Positions 26,379 through 38,468 of a DNA stretch of 64,000 nt are shown here, piece by piece (the first letter of the stretch is position 1; every line of letters begins with the position of its first letter). The stretch is from NCBI RefSeq assembly GCF_006345805.1, contig NW_021833031.1:46469-110468 (forward strand), written 5' to 3'. The notes under the pieces are model-generated. The model searched no databases and was not told the DNA's origin. It was given only the letters and a program-made list of their open reading frames with translations. Source of the DNA: Octopus sinensis. Its lineage: Eukaryota. A program made the translations under genes and the position numbers.

Positions 26379-26423
<45 letters not shown>

Positions 26424-27167
26424 CGCAGATACACTGGCTGCTTGCGTGGGTGTGTTACACGCGTGAATGCGTGTATGTGCTTGTGTGTATGTGTGTGTGC
26501 GTGTGTGTGTGTGTGTGTTGTTTGTGTGTGTTTGCGTGTGTCTATGTATTTAACCCATGATTGAATGTAGCATGGCGACAGACGTAAAATTGCTGACATA
26601 ATGAAAGAAAAAAAAACCCCGAAATTGAAAATGATGGCGTCGAAGATGAAACAGGAACCGATGAAGCGAACGTTTATAAGCATGCGCAGAATCTAATTTT
26701 ATCCAATCAAATATTACATTTCCATTCCGAGTGAAGAAACTAAGAAACACCATATTATTTATTGTGCATTATTTAAGAATCGCAATGAGGTAAATGTAAA
26801 CCACGGAAAACAGTCTTAGATTTCAGTGGGTGTTGACTTCGAAATGTCGTTAAGCTGTTGGTTTCGTAACTATGTGGTTTTGAGTTCGATCTTTCTTCGT
26901 GGTTAAGTGTTTTTCTTATTGTCCCGAGTTCGTTAAAGCGTTGTAACCTTGTAAATGACTTTGGTAGTCAATCAGAAGAAATGTCATTCACATTTTTCTT
27001 AGGTTTTCGACATAATTTGTTGCGCGGCTTCCTGCCAGCACATGCTACCTGAGTGAATTTATCAAGCCCACACTTTTAAACCATGTTGTTCTTAGGTTTG
27101 CAAACCCTTGCGAGCACGTTTGGGCAAATGCCATTTTCCATAACCTTGTGTTGATACTAACTTTATA

Positions 27168-27288
<121 letters not shown>

Positions 27289-27593
27289 TTGTGTATCTGT
27301 AGGTCTGTCTGATAATTTGATTTCTTAATAAGCAGGCGTGGCAGTTCATTAAGAAACTCGCTTGCACGCTACGAGTAGGCTCAGCAGATGGAAAGAAGCT
27401 CACAGTATATGTGTAATGCAGTTGCTTTCAATTTTTTTCATCCCACACATAATGCGATTTTTTTCAAGGAGTCGCTTGAAACGGCCGTAATAAATTGACA
27501 CCTGTACATCATTATTCATTTATATTATATTATATTATATTATATTATATATACTTTTTTACTTGTTTCAGTCATTTGACTGTAGCTATGCTG

Positions 27594-27651
<58 letters not shown>

Positions 27652-28167
27652 ACATACACACACACACACAAACACACAAACACACACGCACACGCGCACG
27701 CACACGCACACACACACGCACATACACACACACACACCACATACACACACACACACACAAACACACACACACGCGCACGCAGACACACACACGCACATAC
27801 GCACACACGAGTTCGTTTTGCACCTACGATGTTCCTGGTTCGATCCCGCCTCGTGTCAATTTCTATGACTTCTGTTGACGCATACCTTATGAGTATAATT
27901 AGATAGATAGATAGATAAATACTGTACAGAAGCCTTGTTGTATATGCTGTGTCACATTAGCTCCCACCGAGGATTATGTTTAGGCTGTATGCATCTGTAG
28001 AATGGACAGCCGCACAGAGGTTGATTCAGGGGCAGGTAATCCAGTCGGTCGAGCTGATCAGTCTTCATTGTAGGTAGAATGACGGGATCCAGTAAGCACA
28101 TACATATGTGCGTATGTGTGTGCATATATATATATATATGTATATGTATATATATATATAATAATAA

Positions 28168-28340
28168 TAATATTAGGGAATAAATCCAAACTTACAGGGA
28201 AAAATTAGATTTACGATTAAATCCAATTTTATAGTAAAATATTATATTATATTAAATTAGAGATAAAACCACTATTAGGCAAATCAAACAGTGAAAATCA
28301 TAAGCCAATACATAAAATTAATTTTAAAATCTAAAAGTTA
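28168..28340. mobile_element. Terminal fragment related to the 4412-7960 PLE-type repeat
   Basis: aatattagggaataaatccaaacttacagggaaaaa..taaatccaattttatagtaaaatatt is the reverse complement of ~7865-7950; no hammerhead retained. Confidence 0.75.
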
Positions 28341-28427
28341 AAAATTAAAAAATTATTTATCTTTACCTCTCTTTTTTTCTCTTTCTCTCTCTCTCTCTAT
28401 CTCTCTAGATCTCTATGTGTGTGTATA

Positions 28428-28466
<39 letters not shown>

Positions 28467-28509
28467 ATATATATATATATGTGTGTTTGTATATATGTAT
28501 ACTTATACT

Positions 28510-28760
28510 AGGGAATGCTGAAAAGTTCCTAGCTTTGAGTAAAAGAAGATGCAGGAGGATCACTTAATTATGATTTTATTCAACAAATTCCCCTCTTAGA
28601 TTCACACACTGAACCTTGAGGCACGCCACTGAAGTGGTACTTCAGCTTTTCTAAGCCTTGTACTTCAGCTTTTCTAAGCCTTGTACTTCAGCTTTTCTAA
28701 GCCTTGTAAAAGAACTCGGAAATTTGGGCATCTAACCAGGCCTTTTTACGATACCCTTAG
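28510..28760 (-). mobile_element. Mariner-derived MITE with an internal 3x23-bp tandem duplication
   Basis: Reverse orientation of the 3156/17724 family; gtacttcagcttttctaagcctt x3 at 28637-28705. Confidence 0.75.
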
Positions 28761-28919
28761 AGCCAAGAACTTGTATGTATGTATGTATGTATGTATGTAT
28801 GTATGTATGTATGTATGTATGTATGTATGTATGTATGTATGTATGTATGTGTGTATGTATGTATGTTTTATGCATATAGTTACATATCTATACATGCACA
28901 TATATATTTAAAAGATAAA

Positions 28920-29220
28920 CTTCTGGAAAGTTTTACAGATTGTTACAGTTCCAGTGATGGATTGGATCTGTAGTCTTCGAATCAGCTTTCTCCTTTCTGG
29001 TTTTTAGAAGCCTAATTTCTCAAGATTGGTATTTAAGCAGCGTATTACATATCCCAGGGCCCCAATAATTACAGGTATAAACCTGAATTTGTAATCTGGT
29101 TAGAGTAACTGCAGATTTCTCAATAGTTCAGCGTAGGTAGTCTCTTTTTCCCTGACCTTCAGCTTTATGTTACTATCCGCTGGGCAGCTAATTTCCACAC
29201 CTGTGCACAGTTTCTCTTCT
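28920..29220 (-). pseudogene. C-terminal restriction-like endonuclease remnant of an R2/R4/NeSL-type LINE
   Basis: Minus strand: VEISCPADSNIKLKVREKETTYAELL..L*PDYKFRFIPVIIGALGYV..LRNLEKLGF-like..RLQIQSITGTV. Confidence 0.75.
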
Positions 29221-29544
29221 CTTCTCTAGCGTGCTTTAGGTCTTCTCAGGTCTAGCGTGCTTTACGTTTTATTCAGGTCTTCACTGGGACACTCCACCCG
29301 CATTCCTTTTCATCATGAGTGACTCTGGCTTCCGACGGATTTCGTTATAGAGTGTCCTACATAATACTGTGATGAAGTCACTATTAGCCTTTTCTGTGTA
29401 AAGGTAAACAAATATATTCTCGACTTTAAAATATTTTGACATGAAAGGAAACGTGGAAACTCGCCATAAATACGAACGTAGACAGATTCACTCACTCACA
29501 CACATACACACACGCAGACACCCATGCACACGCAGACACACGCA

Positions 29545-29793
29545 CAAATATACCGAAAGTGGGGGAGAGCGAGAAAGAGACAGAGAGACAGAGAAATAGA
29601 GATGAAGAGAGAAAAAAGGAAGAGAAAAAGAAAGAAAGAGAGAAAGAGAGAGATAGAATGAGAGATAGAGAGAGAGAGACAAATAGAGATAGAGTAAAAA
29701 GACAGATACACATAGAGACAGAGAAAGAGAGATACGGATGAAGAGAGGGAGAGGAAGAGAGAAACAGAGAGAGATAGAGAAAGAGAGAAAGAA

Positions 29794-29824
<31 letters not shown>

Positions 29825-30459
29825 AAGAGAGAGGCAGAGTGAGAAATACGGATGAAAAGAGGAAGAGGAAAAGAGAAACAGAGATATCTAGAGAGATAGA
29901 GGGAGAGAGAGAGAGAGAGAGAGAAAGAGAAAAATAGAGAGGTAGAGATAGAGCATGACAAAGAGACAGAGAGAGATAGAGATGAAGAGGGAAAACGAGG
30001 AAGGAAGAAAGAAAGAAAGAGAGAGAGACAGAGAAACTAATAAAGACAAGAAGAGATAGAGTTGAAGCGAGAAACAAGAAAATAGAGATAGAGAAACAGA
30101 GAGTGAAGGAGAAAGAAAGAGATAGAGATGAAGAGAGAGAGAGGAAGAGAGAAAGAAAGAGAGAAAGTGACAGAGAGAAAGTAACAGAGAGAGATAGAGA
30201 TGAAGAGGGAGAGTGGAAGAGTGATAGATAGAGAGAGATAGAGAGAGAGAAAAACAGAGTGTGAAAGAGACAGAAAGAGATAGAGATGAAGAGAGAGAGG
30301 AAGAGAGAAAGAAAGAGAGAGAGAGAGTGACAGAGAGAAAGTAACAGAGAGAGATAGAGATGAAGAGGGAGAGTGGAAGAGTGATATATATATAGAGAGA
30401 GAAACAGAGTGTGAACGAGACAGAAAAAGCTAGAGATGAAGAAAGAGGAAGAGAGAGGA

Positions 30460-30498
<39 letters not shown>

Positions 30499-30500
30499 GA
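29545..30500. repeat. ~950-bp GA-rich low-complexity array with a 160-bp higher-order repeat
   Basis: Polypurine tract; gtaacagagagagatagagatgaagagggagagtgg recurs at 30181 and 30341. Confidence 0.9.
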
Positions 30501-30830
30501 TAACAAACAACTTTTTAGCATTAAATTCCTGTATTATTTGAGTCTATGCGAAATATCTCTCTTGTCTGGTCGTCTGCGTCTGCAGGAGGACAGTTTTAAA
30601 ACAGCAGCAGACAGATAAATCATCTCTGTTGCAAATTTCAGCTTGTTTTTCTATTCTTTTGTTTTTATAGCGTTTTTCTAGAACAATAACATCGTTGGTC
30701 ATAAGATTTCAACGAAATTGTCTCTACATAATTGCTCATCTCTGACGGGAGCAAGAATTTCACACAACTTTCTCAGATTTATGGTTTCATTAGGTCCTTA
30801 CCAAGTCAGACCACAGCGCCCTGGAGCCGC

Positions 30831-31480
30831 GAAGACCCGCTTAACTACCGACCGGTTTCCCTTACTTCAATAATAAGCAAGATGTTCGAAACCATCCTTA
30901 AGAAAAGTATGATGCTCCACCTCCAAAACACAGCCTCTATCTCTGATTCCCAACACGGCTTCGTTCCGAAGCGATCATGCTTGACCAACTTACTGGTAAT
31001 GGAAGAATAGGTGACGCATATCCTGGATGATGGTGATGCTGTTGACATCGTTTTATTGGACTTTGCCAAAGCTTTTGACTCGGTTAACCACCACCTATTA
31101 CTTGTCACGCTTCAAGCATATTGTTTCCATCCGGATATTGTACGATGGGTTGGTGCCTTCCTCTCAGATCGCTCCTTCCAAGTCCAAGTTATTGGTTCGC
31201 TGTCCGACGTCTCCAGTGCGAACAGTGGCGTGCCTCAAGGTTCAGTGCTTGGGCCCTTATTATTTTTAGTCTTCATAAATGTCTTGTCCGGGTTGCGGAT
31301 CCGTGGAATAAGCTGCCGGACGAGATAGTGAAGATGCCGACGACCGCTCGGTTCAAAGTCTCTCTTGACCAGAAATGGCCTGAATTCTTTGCATGAACAC
31401 CCCTGTACATAACTCCATGTCCCCCTACATGGCCTTGCTTTTTGCTTTTTGAGCCAAAAAATTAACTTAACTTAACTTGA
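30831..31480 (+). mobile_element. CR1-like LINE fragment with internal deletion
   Basis: DPLNYRPVSLTS..QHGFVPKRSC..DFAKAFDSV..GVPQGSVLGPLLF joined at ~31285 to the C-terminus WNKLPDEIV..FKVSLD; 3' stem-loop ccatgt-ccccct-acatgg (31415-31432) and (aactt)n tail. Confidence 0.9.
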
Positions 31481-31643
31481 CTTTTATAGCTTTTCTAAAA
31501 CACCCGATGAGGGATTCAGTACCATAGGTGACGGATTCATATCTTTTTTGTAGAATGATACATTAAGGAGCTCTTTTTATGAGTGCTATCCGATTACTTG
31601 TATCTATACATTATGACACACACACACACACACACACCACACA

Positions 31644-31681
<38 letters not shown>

Positions 31682-32001
31682 ACACACACATGTATATATA
31701 TAAAACATGGAGTAGATGAAACAGCGACAACTGATGAAGGGGAATATTCTTTATGTTGCATGTCTCGTTTCTCTGCTTTTTTCGTTGTTCGAAAAAAAAT
31801 TCATTTCTACGTTTTGTTTTTATGCCTTCGTTTCTCATTGTGTTCAACGTTTTTTTTTTTTGATGTCCTGTACCCATATATGCATGTATATATATACATA
31901 TATATGTAGGTATGTACGTATATGTATGTATATATGCATATATTTATATATTATTTATATTATTATATGATCGAACGCCACGCATCCTTTTCCAAGTAAG
32001 T

Positions 32002-32118
<117 letters not shown>

Positions 32119-32139
32119 ATCTATCTATCTCTCTCTCTA

Positions 32140-32240
<101 letters not shown>

Positions 32241-32329
32241 TAACATATATATTATGTGTGTGAGGGAAAGTGTGTGCGCAGCGGTTACGTGCGTACGTGT
32301 GTGCGTATATATGTGTGTGTGAGTGTGTG

Positions 32330-32540
32330 TGTTTGTGTCTCTGTTTGTCCCCCCCCCACCACCACTTGACAACCGATGTTGGTGTGTTTACATGTCCGTA
32401 ACTTAGCGTAAGTTCGGTGGAATAAGTGCCAGGCTTCAAAGCAAATACGAATGGTGCAGATCGATTCGTTCGCCTGAGATTCTGCGAGACGGTGTCCCCA
32501 TCATGGCCGCAATCTTGTTACTCAAACAAGTATAAAAGAT
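32330..32540 (+). mobile_element. SINE family A, 3' half
   Basis: cttgacaaccgatgttggtgtgtttac..cccatcatggccgca. Confidence 0.7.
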
Positions 32541-33504
32541 GAACAAAATGAAGCAAAAACAAACAAATAATTGCAATGAGAAAAAAGCGCAGAAATCAGC
32601 CAAAGAAACATTTTAAGTGTTAAATTAACACTGAATTAGTAAACGAAGAACTGTTAACACCATTAAAAACTAAATTAATATCTCGTGTATGCTTTTTTGT
32701 TATTACAATTTTATTCTGTTTTCTTTTTAATACACCGATTTCTGTTGTGTCGTGATATTAAATGTGCGTGTGTATGTGTGTGCTTATGTAACCTACTGTT
32801 TTCATTCATTATATCAGTGTGGAAAATGTGTATGTGTGTGTTTGGTGTTTGTGTGTATGTGAGTGTATATCTATGTGTGTTTATGTCTAAGCGTGTTGCT
32901 ATGTAATGGTGTAATATGCGTGCATTTCCATACAATGGCGCCTTGCATTAATTTTCCTTGTGGTGTTAAATTTGTTTGTGTGAGTGTTAGTCTGAGTATG
33001 GCTTAGTGTGCGCGGGAACATAGTATCTGTTAAGGTTAGCGTGTTAACTCTCTTCTGTGTGTGCGTTTGTGAAAGCTGATGATTCCTTGGTAACCTTTGG
33101 TGTGTTGCTGCTGAATATGTTTCGATTTAATGCGGTGCAATAAAATATTTAATCAAAATGTCAGCTAAAATTAACTCCAGCTTAATAAGATCATAAATAA
33201 TGTTGTTATTGAGAGAAATACAAAAAAAAAGTCTTACTCATCCCACCCTACACACAAACACACACAAACACACACAAACACACGCACACAAATACACACA
33301 CACACACATACACACACATGCATGAAAAATATATATGTATATATATATTTCTGTATGGATACAGATTACAATGCACTCAGACACCCGCTCTACAGTACAA
33401 TCAAAGGCATCTGAAAGACATATTTATTATGACACATTATGGGACACTTTTGACAGATAGTGGGCCCTCATCTCTTCTTCTTCTTCTTATTATTATTATT
33501 ATTG

Positions 33505-33720
33505 AAGGCGGTGAGCTGGCAGAATCTTTAGCACGCTGGACGATATGCCTTGCGGTATTTCCGCCGTCGTTACGTTCTGAGTTCAAATTCCGCCGAGGTC
33601 GACTTTGCCTTTCATCCTTTTAGGGGTCGATAAATTAAGCACCATGAAACACTGGGGGTCGATGTAATCGACTAGTCCACTCCCCCAAAATTTCAGGCCT
33701 TGAGCCTATAATAGAAAGGA
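33505..33720 (+). mobile_element. SINE family B
   Basis: aaggcggtgagctggcagaa..gcctttcatccttttaggggtcgataaattaag. Confidence 0.9.
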
Positions 33721-33721
33721 T

Positions 33722-33912
33722 TATTATTGCCTTTGTAATGTATAGGGTGACAGCTGTTCACTGCCAGTGAACTAAAGTAACACCTCTAATTGTTCGAGCA
33801 CCTTCCGGAGTATTCGAGCTGTTCCAAGCAGTGCTGTTTTCTGCAAGTGCTCCACCCTTATTGCAGCCCCTATTTGTTCCATGTACTTCTCGAGAGTTTT
33901 GCTCACTGTTAT
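33722..33912 (-). mobile_element. 3' end of a second R4-like LINE family
   Basis: Minus strand: TVSKTLEKYMEQIGAAIRVEHLQKTALLGTARILRKVLE, paralogous to the QKIVLMGTAHILRKIL end of the adjacent element; ends in aataat. Confidence 0.75.
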
Positions 33913-33921
33913 CATTATTAA

Positions 33922-35486
33922 TCTATGTTTGACTTTTGCTTTATATTCGTACAAGTTGGCTCCAAGTCTCACCCAGAGACCTCAAGAGACAACAGGGTTG
34001 GAAGTTCATGTTGTTGTTATGCTTAGTGTGCCATATATTTGGGGGGTGGGGATGTTGTACTAATGAATGTCTAAAAAAAAAAAGTTTTTTTTTTTTTTAA
34101 ACCGAAAATTATGGTTGTTTTAAACCTTGAGGTTACATAGAGAGTATTTTGCGTAGGATATGAGCAGTTCCCATGAGCACTATCTTTTGAACTTCTGCCA
34201 TTTTTGGGTTTCCTGGTATCTGAGTTAGGTAGCTATCAGCCCCTTTTGCTATCATTCCCAGGGCACCTATGACAACAGGTATTGTTTTAGTCTTCAGCTT
34301 CCACATTTTGCTGATTTCTATTTCAAGATCTTTATATTTGCTCAGTTTTTGGTAGGTCCTGACAGATACGTTTATATCGATTGGGACAGTCATATCAATG
34401 AGGAGGCATGTTCTTTGTTTGAAGTCTTTCAATATGATGTCTGGCCTATTTGCATCTATCTTCCTGTCAGTTTGAATGGTGAAGTTCCAGAGGAGTGAGA
34501 TGTGGTCATTTTCAAGCACTGGGGGTGGTTTGTGTTCCCACCAGTTTTTTTCATGGGGCAAATCCAGGTTTTTACAGATTACCCAGTGAATATATTGTGC
34601 AGCTCTATCGTGCCTGTTGAGATACTCTGTAGGCGCTAGAAGACTGCACTTGGAGACCACATGGTCAATGGTTTCATTTTGTTGCTTGCATACACGACAC
34701 GTTGGACTGCTTCTGATCTTTAATATGTTGGCCTGGTAGTTTCTTGTTGGTAGGCATTGATCTTGAGCTGCTATGATAAACCCCTCTGTTTCAGATTTTA
34801 AGCCAGAGGCCATTAGCCATTGATGGGTCAGGGCTTTGTCGATATCTGCATTATTCGCTCTCTTTGGGTATTTGCCGTAGAGAGGTTTTTCTTGCCATTT
34901 ATTATTCAGAATATCTAAGACCGCAGTTTTGGCACGGGTTTTCATGCGCCTAGCTTTTTCTGTGCTTGTTTCTTGTATGTCTATCTCTAATTCCGAAATT
35001 GGTTGTATTCGGAATTCACTTAGATATTCTTTTGCCTGTTTTGTGACTGAGTATGATGCTTTCTTGTTTTCATGTTTTGAGACAAGTTTTAACATCCAGT
35101 CCTCAGAGTTTTTCAGGTAGGTGTCTAGGCCAATTGTAGCAATCTTCATTGTTATTGCCAGTTGCAAAAGACCACGGCCTCCCTCTTTTCTTCGCAGATA
35201 GAGTCGTTCTGTATCTGCCTTAGGGTGGTGCATTCTATGCATTGTCAACAGTTTCCTTATTTTTCTGTCGAGCTGACATATTTCAGTAATTGACCAGTTA
35301 ACAATATTGAAACTGTAAGTCACGACTGGTATAGCTAATGCATTGATTGCTTCGATCCTGTTTCTTGCATTCAGCTCTGTCTTGAGTATTGCTCTCACTC
35401 TTCGATAGCATTCTCTCCTGATCCTTTCCTTCATCTCTGAATGCCTTATTCCGTTCCCTTCAATTACCCCTAGGTACTTGTACTTA

Positions 35487-35488
<2 letters not shown>
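33922..35488 (-). mobile_element. 5'-truncated R4/Dong-like RLE LINE, copy 1
   Basis: Open frame (34133-35488): RT thumb YKYLG.., CCHC knuckle CRVC..ETIDHVVSKC, RLE PDIILKD..IDMTVP..KYKDL; 5' flank (AAT)n. Confidence 0.92.
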
Positions 35489-35528
<40 letters not shown>

Positions 35529-35827
35529 GTGAGAGAGCAGTGCAAGCCCAGTATACCTATCATAACTACCAGTGTGATAAGGATACCCCAGACACATGCA
35601 TCGCAACCATATGTGCGCGACATGGTGATCTCATATCAAGATAAACAACGGATGACCTTGTATGTGGAGGTAGGTTAGACTTTTCTTCAGGTAGAATAGC
35701 TCATCCTGTTCAAAAGGTCCCTGAATAAGGATTGTTTAACGATGTTGAATCCCAAAGAATCCTTCTCAACACATGGCCATGATGCTCCCTCCCACTTCTG
35801 CTCAAAGGACATACTCAGCTGGTTAAG
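35529..35827 (-). mobile_element. (AAT)n-tailed non-coding repeat X, partial copy
   Basis: Homologous to 36234-36768 (caaccatatgtgcgcgacatg.tgatctcatatcaag). Confidence 0.6.
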
Positions 35828-36060
35828 AGAGGGAAGTGCTGTCCCAGAGTGAGTTTATTGAGAGGTGGGTCAAAGTTGCGAAAATGGCAAGAGTGGATGG
35901 TACCGCTCTAAGTGAAGACCCGTGAGTCGGAGAGAAGGAATTGGAGAGGGCACTCTTGGGGTTTAAGGGAAATCTCGGAGAGTGGAATTCCTCCATTATC
36001 CCCAGGGGTCTTCTTGTATCAGGAGGGCAACGTCATTATCATCCTTCCCGCCACTTAAAT
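35828..36060 (+). mobile_element. Tx1-like LINE 3' end fragment
   Basis: VLSQSEFIERWVKVAKMARVDGTALSEDP* matches the end of the 1534-2193 ORF (VLSSECFKKRWVNVARMARV). Confidence 0.75.
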
Positions 36061-36099
36061 TATTTTTATTATCATTTATTTATTTATTTACTACTACTA

Positions 36100-36143
<44 letters not shown>

Positions 36144-36144
36144 A

Positions 36145-36198
<54 letters not shown>

Positions 36199-36199
36199 A

Positions 36200-36233
<34 letters not shown>

Positions 36234-36768
36234 GACCGCGAGAGAAGTGCTTGACATCAAAGTCACACAGGGGTAAAATATACGAAGCACAGTATACCCT
36301 TTATGACTACCCGTCTGATAAGGGTGCACCAGACACATACATCACAACCATATATGCGCGACATGATGATCTCATATCAAGGTAAATAGCCCATGACCTT
36401 GCAGATGGGGTCCAGACAGTTTTCTGCATGTCGAGTAGTCCATCCTACACAAAAGGTCACGGAATAAGGGTTGTTCAAGGATGATATACGAAACACCCAT
36501 GTTTACAGAGGCGAATTATTCAAACCACATGGCTCCGAACACATGGCTATGATGTTCCCCCACTACTTCTGCTCGTGATCAGAGATGCACGCATCATTAG
36601 CCACTAAGGGACATGCTCAACTAGTTACGGTCAAACAATTGACAAGCAAATCTGTGATATTGAGCAGAATATGTGCTGTAGTCCATCTTTTATACCAAGA
36701 CAAAATAGTTCCAATCAGTTAAGATCAGAAGCAACAAGAACCACCGCCTGGTACTGCATCAGGGCATT
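36234..36768 (-). mobile_element. (AAT)n-tailed non-coding repeat X, longer copy
   Basis: Homologous to the 35529 copy; 3' end abuts the (AAT)/(AGT)n array on the minus strand. Confidence 0.6.
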
Positions 36769-37140
36769 TCTTGTTGTTGATTTTGGTGCTTTTGCTTCTT
36801 TCTTACAGATCTTAATTGTATTTCATCATTGCTAACAATGTAACGCCATTTCCTGTTAAATTTTCACAGTTTACTGTTTACGAAAGAGTTTTTCATTCTC
36901 ACCTTCTTTCATTCATACTCGTTCTTTCTTTATTGTTTTCTTTCTTTCTTTCTGTCTTTCTTCCTAGTTTTAATTTTAAAAGTTTTCTGCTCAGAAATCG
37001 CATTTTAATATTGCTTAAAAGAATAATTAAAGTTCTGAAAAAAATATTTTCTTGTTTTGATGTGTTTATTGTTTGCCACAAACGTTGTTTGTGCGTGTGG
37101 ACGAGGGTGTGTATGTGTGTGCGTATTGGAGGGGGAGCAT

Positions 37141-37410
37141 GTTAGTTAGTTAGTTAATTTTTTGGCTCAAAAAGCAAAAAGCAAGGCCATGTAGGGGGAC
37201 ATGGAGTTACGTACAGGGTGGTGTTCATGTAAAGAGTTCAGGCCACTTGTGGTCAAGGGAGACTTTGAACCGATAGGTCGTCGGCATCCTCACCATCTCG
37301 TCCGGCAGCTTATTCCACGGACCCACAACCCGGACGGAGAAAGCCCCTCTCCTTCGATTGAGATGAAATCGTCGCAGATGTGTGTAGTTTATCGTTCTTT
37401 GAGATGAATT
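37141..37410 (-). mobile_element. CR1-like LINE 3' end
   Basis: HLRRFHLNRRRGAFSVRVVGPWNKLPDEMV..FKVSLDHKWPELFT*; same 3' UTR and stem-loop as 31400-31480; (aact)n tail. Confidence 0.9.
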
Positions 37411-37640
37411 TGTGGATATATATCTCTGGGTGAGAGTAGAAGTCTGTGAGTCACTGAGAGTTAATATTGCTTTCAAATTTTGGGATTGGTTTTAACTCAT
37501 AACGTAACGACGGACCAAATGCTGCTATGCACTTATCCCGGCATGGCCACGATTCTGCCAGTTCGCAGTCTTCATATAAACTCGTGTTTCAGTAACAACA
37601 ACAACAACAACAACAACAATGATAACAATGATAATAATGA

Positions 37641-37784
37641 TTTCAAATTTTGCCTTAAGGGCGGCAATTTTGGGGCGGGGTGGGGAGGATGAGCCGATTA
37701 TATCGACCCAGTATTCAACTGGTACTTACTTTATGAACCCCGAAAGGATGAAAGGCAAAGTCGACCTCGCCGGAATTTGAACTC

Positions 37785-37785
<1 letters not shown>
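37641..37785 (-). mobile_element. SINE family B, partial
   Basis: gaaaggatgaaaggcaaagtcgacctcgccggaatttgaactc. Confidence 0.75.
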
Positions 37786-37846
<61 letters not shown>

Positions 37847-37914
37847 CATAACAATAATAATAGTAATAATAATGATAATAATAATAATAAAAACAACAAC
37901 AACAAAAAAGTAAT

Positions 37915-38231
37915 AAGAGCACTCAGAGAGCGCAAATCTGCGCCAACGATTATCCGGAGATGATTTTTAGAATGAGAGTATCTGAAATAAACTCAACTGC
38001 TCTCACAAACAAGAGTACTAAAAGTGAACCCGATCGCTCTCAAAAATTAAATAACAAAAACGGAAAAATTTTCCAGAATCCTTGTCATTTCGTGCCAGTC
38101 ACGAGGCCAAACATCCCTGGGAGTTTTATCCGAATCTATCTAACGGTTCTTGAGATATCTTGTCCACGGACAAATAAACAAACAAACACGACTGACAACA
38201 ATACCCCCGCCTTCGCTAAGGTGGGGGGTAA
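37915..38231 (+). mobile_element. Helitron/Helentron-like non-autonomous element within (AAT)n
   Basis: Starts aagagcactcagagagcgc; ends in the GC-rich hairpin tacccccgcctt-cgct-aaggtggggggta (38202-38230). Confidence 0.55.
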
Positions 38232-38239
38232 TAATAGTA

Positions 38240-38289
<50 letters not shown>

Positions 38290-38308
38290 CATAATAGCAA
38301 TAATAATA

Positions 38309-38344
<36 letters not shown>

Positions 38345-38424
38345 TAATAGTATTAATAATAATAATAATAATAATAATGATAATAATAATAATAATCATA
38401 ATGATAATAATAATAATCATAATG

Positions 38425-38459
<35 letters not shown>

Positions 38460-38468
38460 TATTATTAT

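Noticed and set aside
28637-28705. CRISPR-like direct repeats (23-bp x3; also 20-bp x3 at 8214)
   Set aside because: Contiguous tandem duplications without spacers in a eukaryotic context.
29496-30521. 341-aa ORF and the many YI/HT/LS/II-rich ORFs in the track
   Set aside because: Translations of microsatellites that lack stop codons in some frames; no domain content.
37960-38468. N-terminal third of the 597-aa ORF as a genuine protein
   Set aside because: Made of a Helitron-like repeat plus (AAT)n read-through; LINE homology begins only at 38469.
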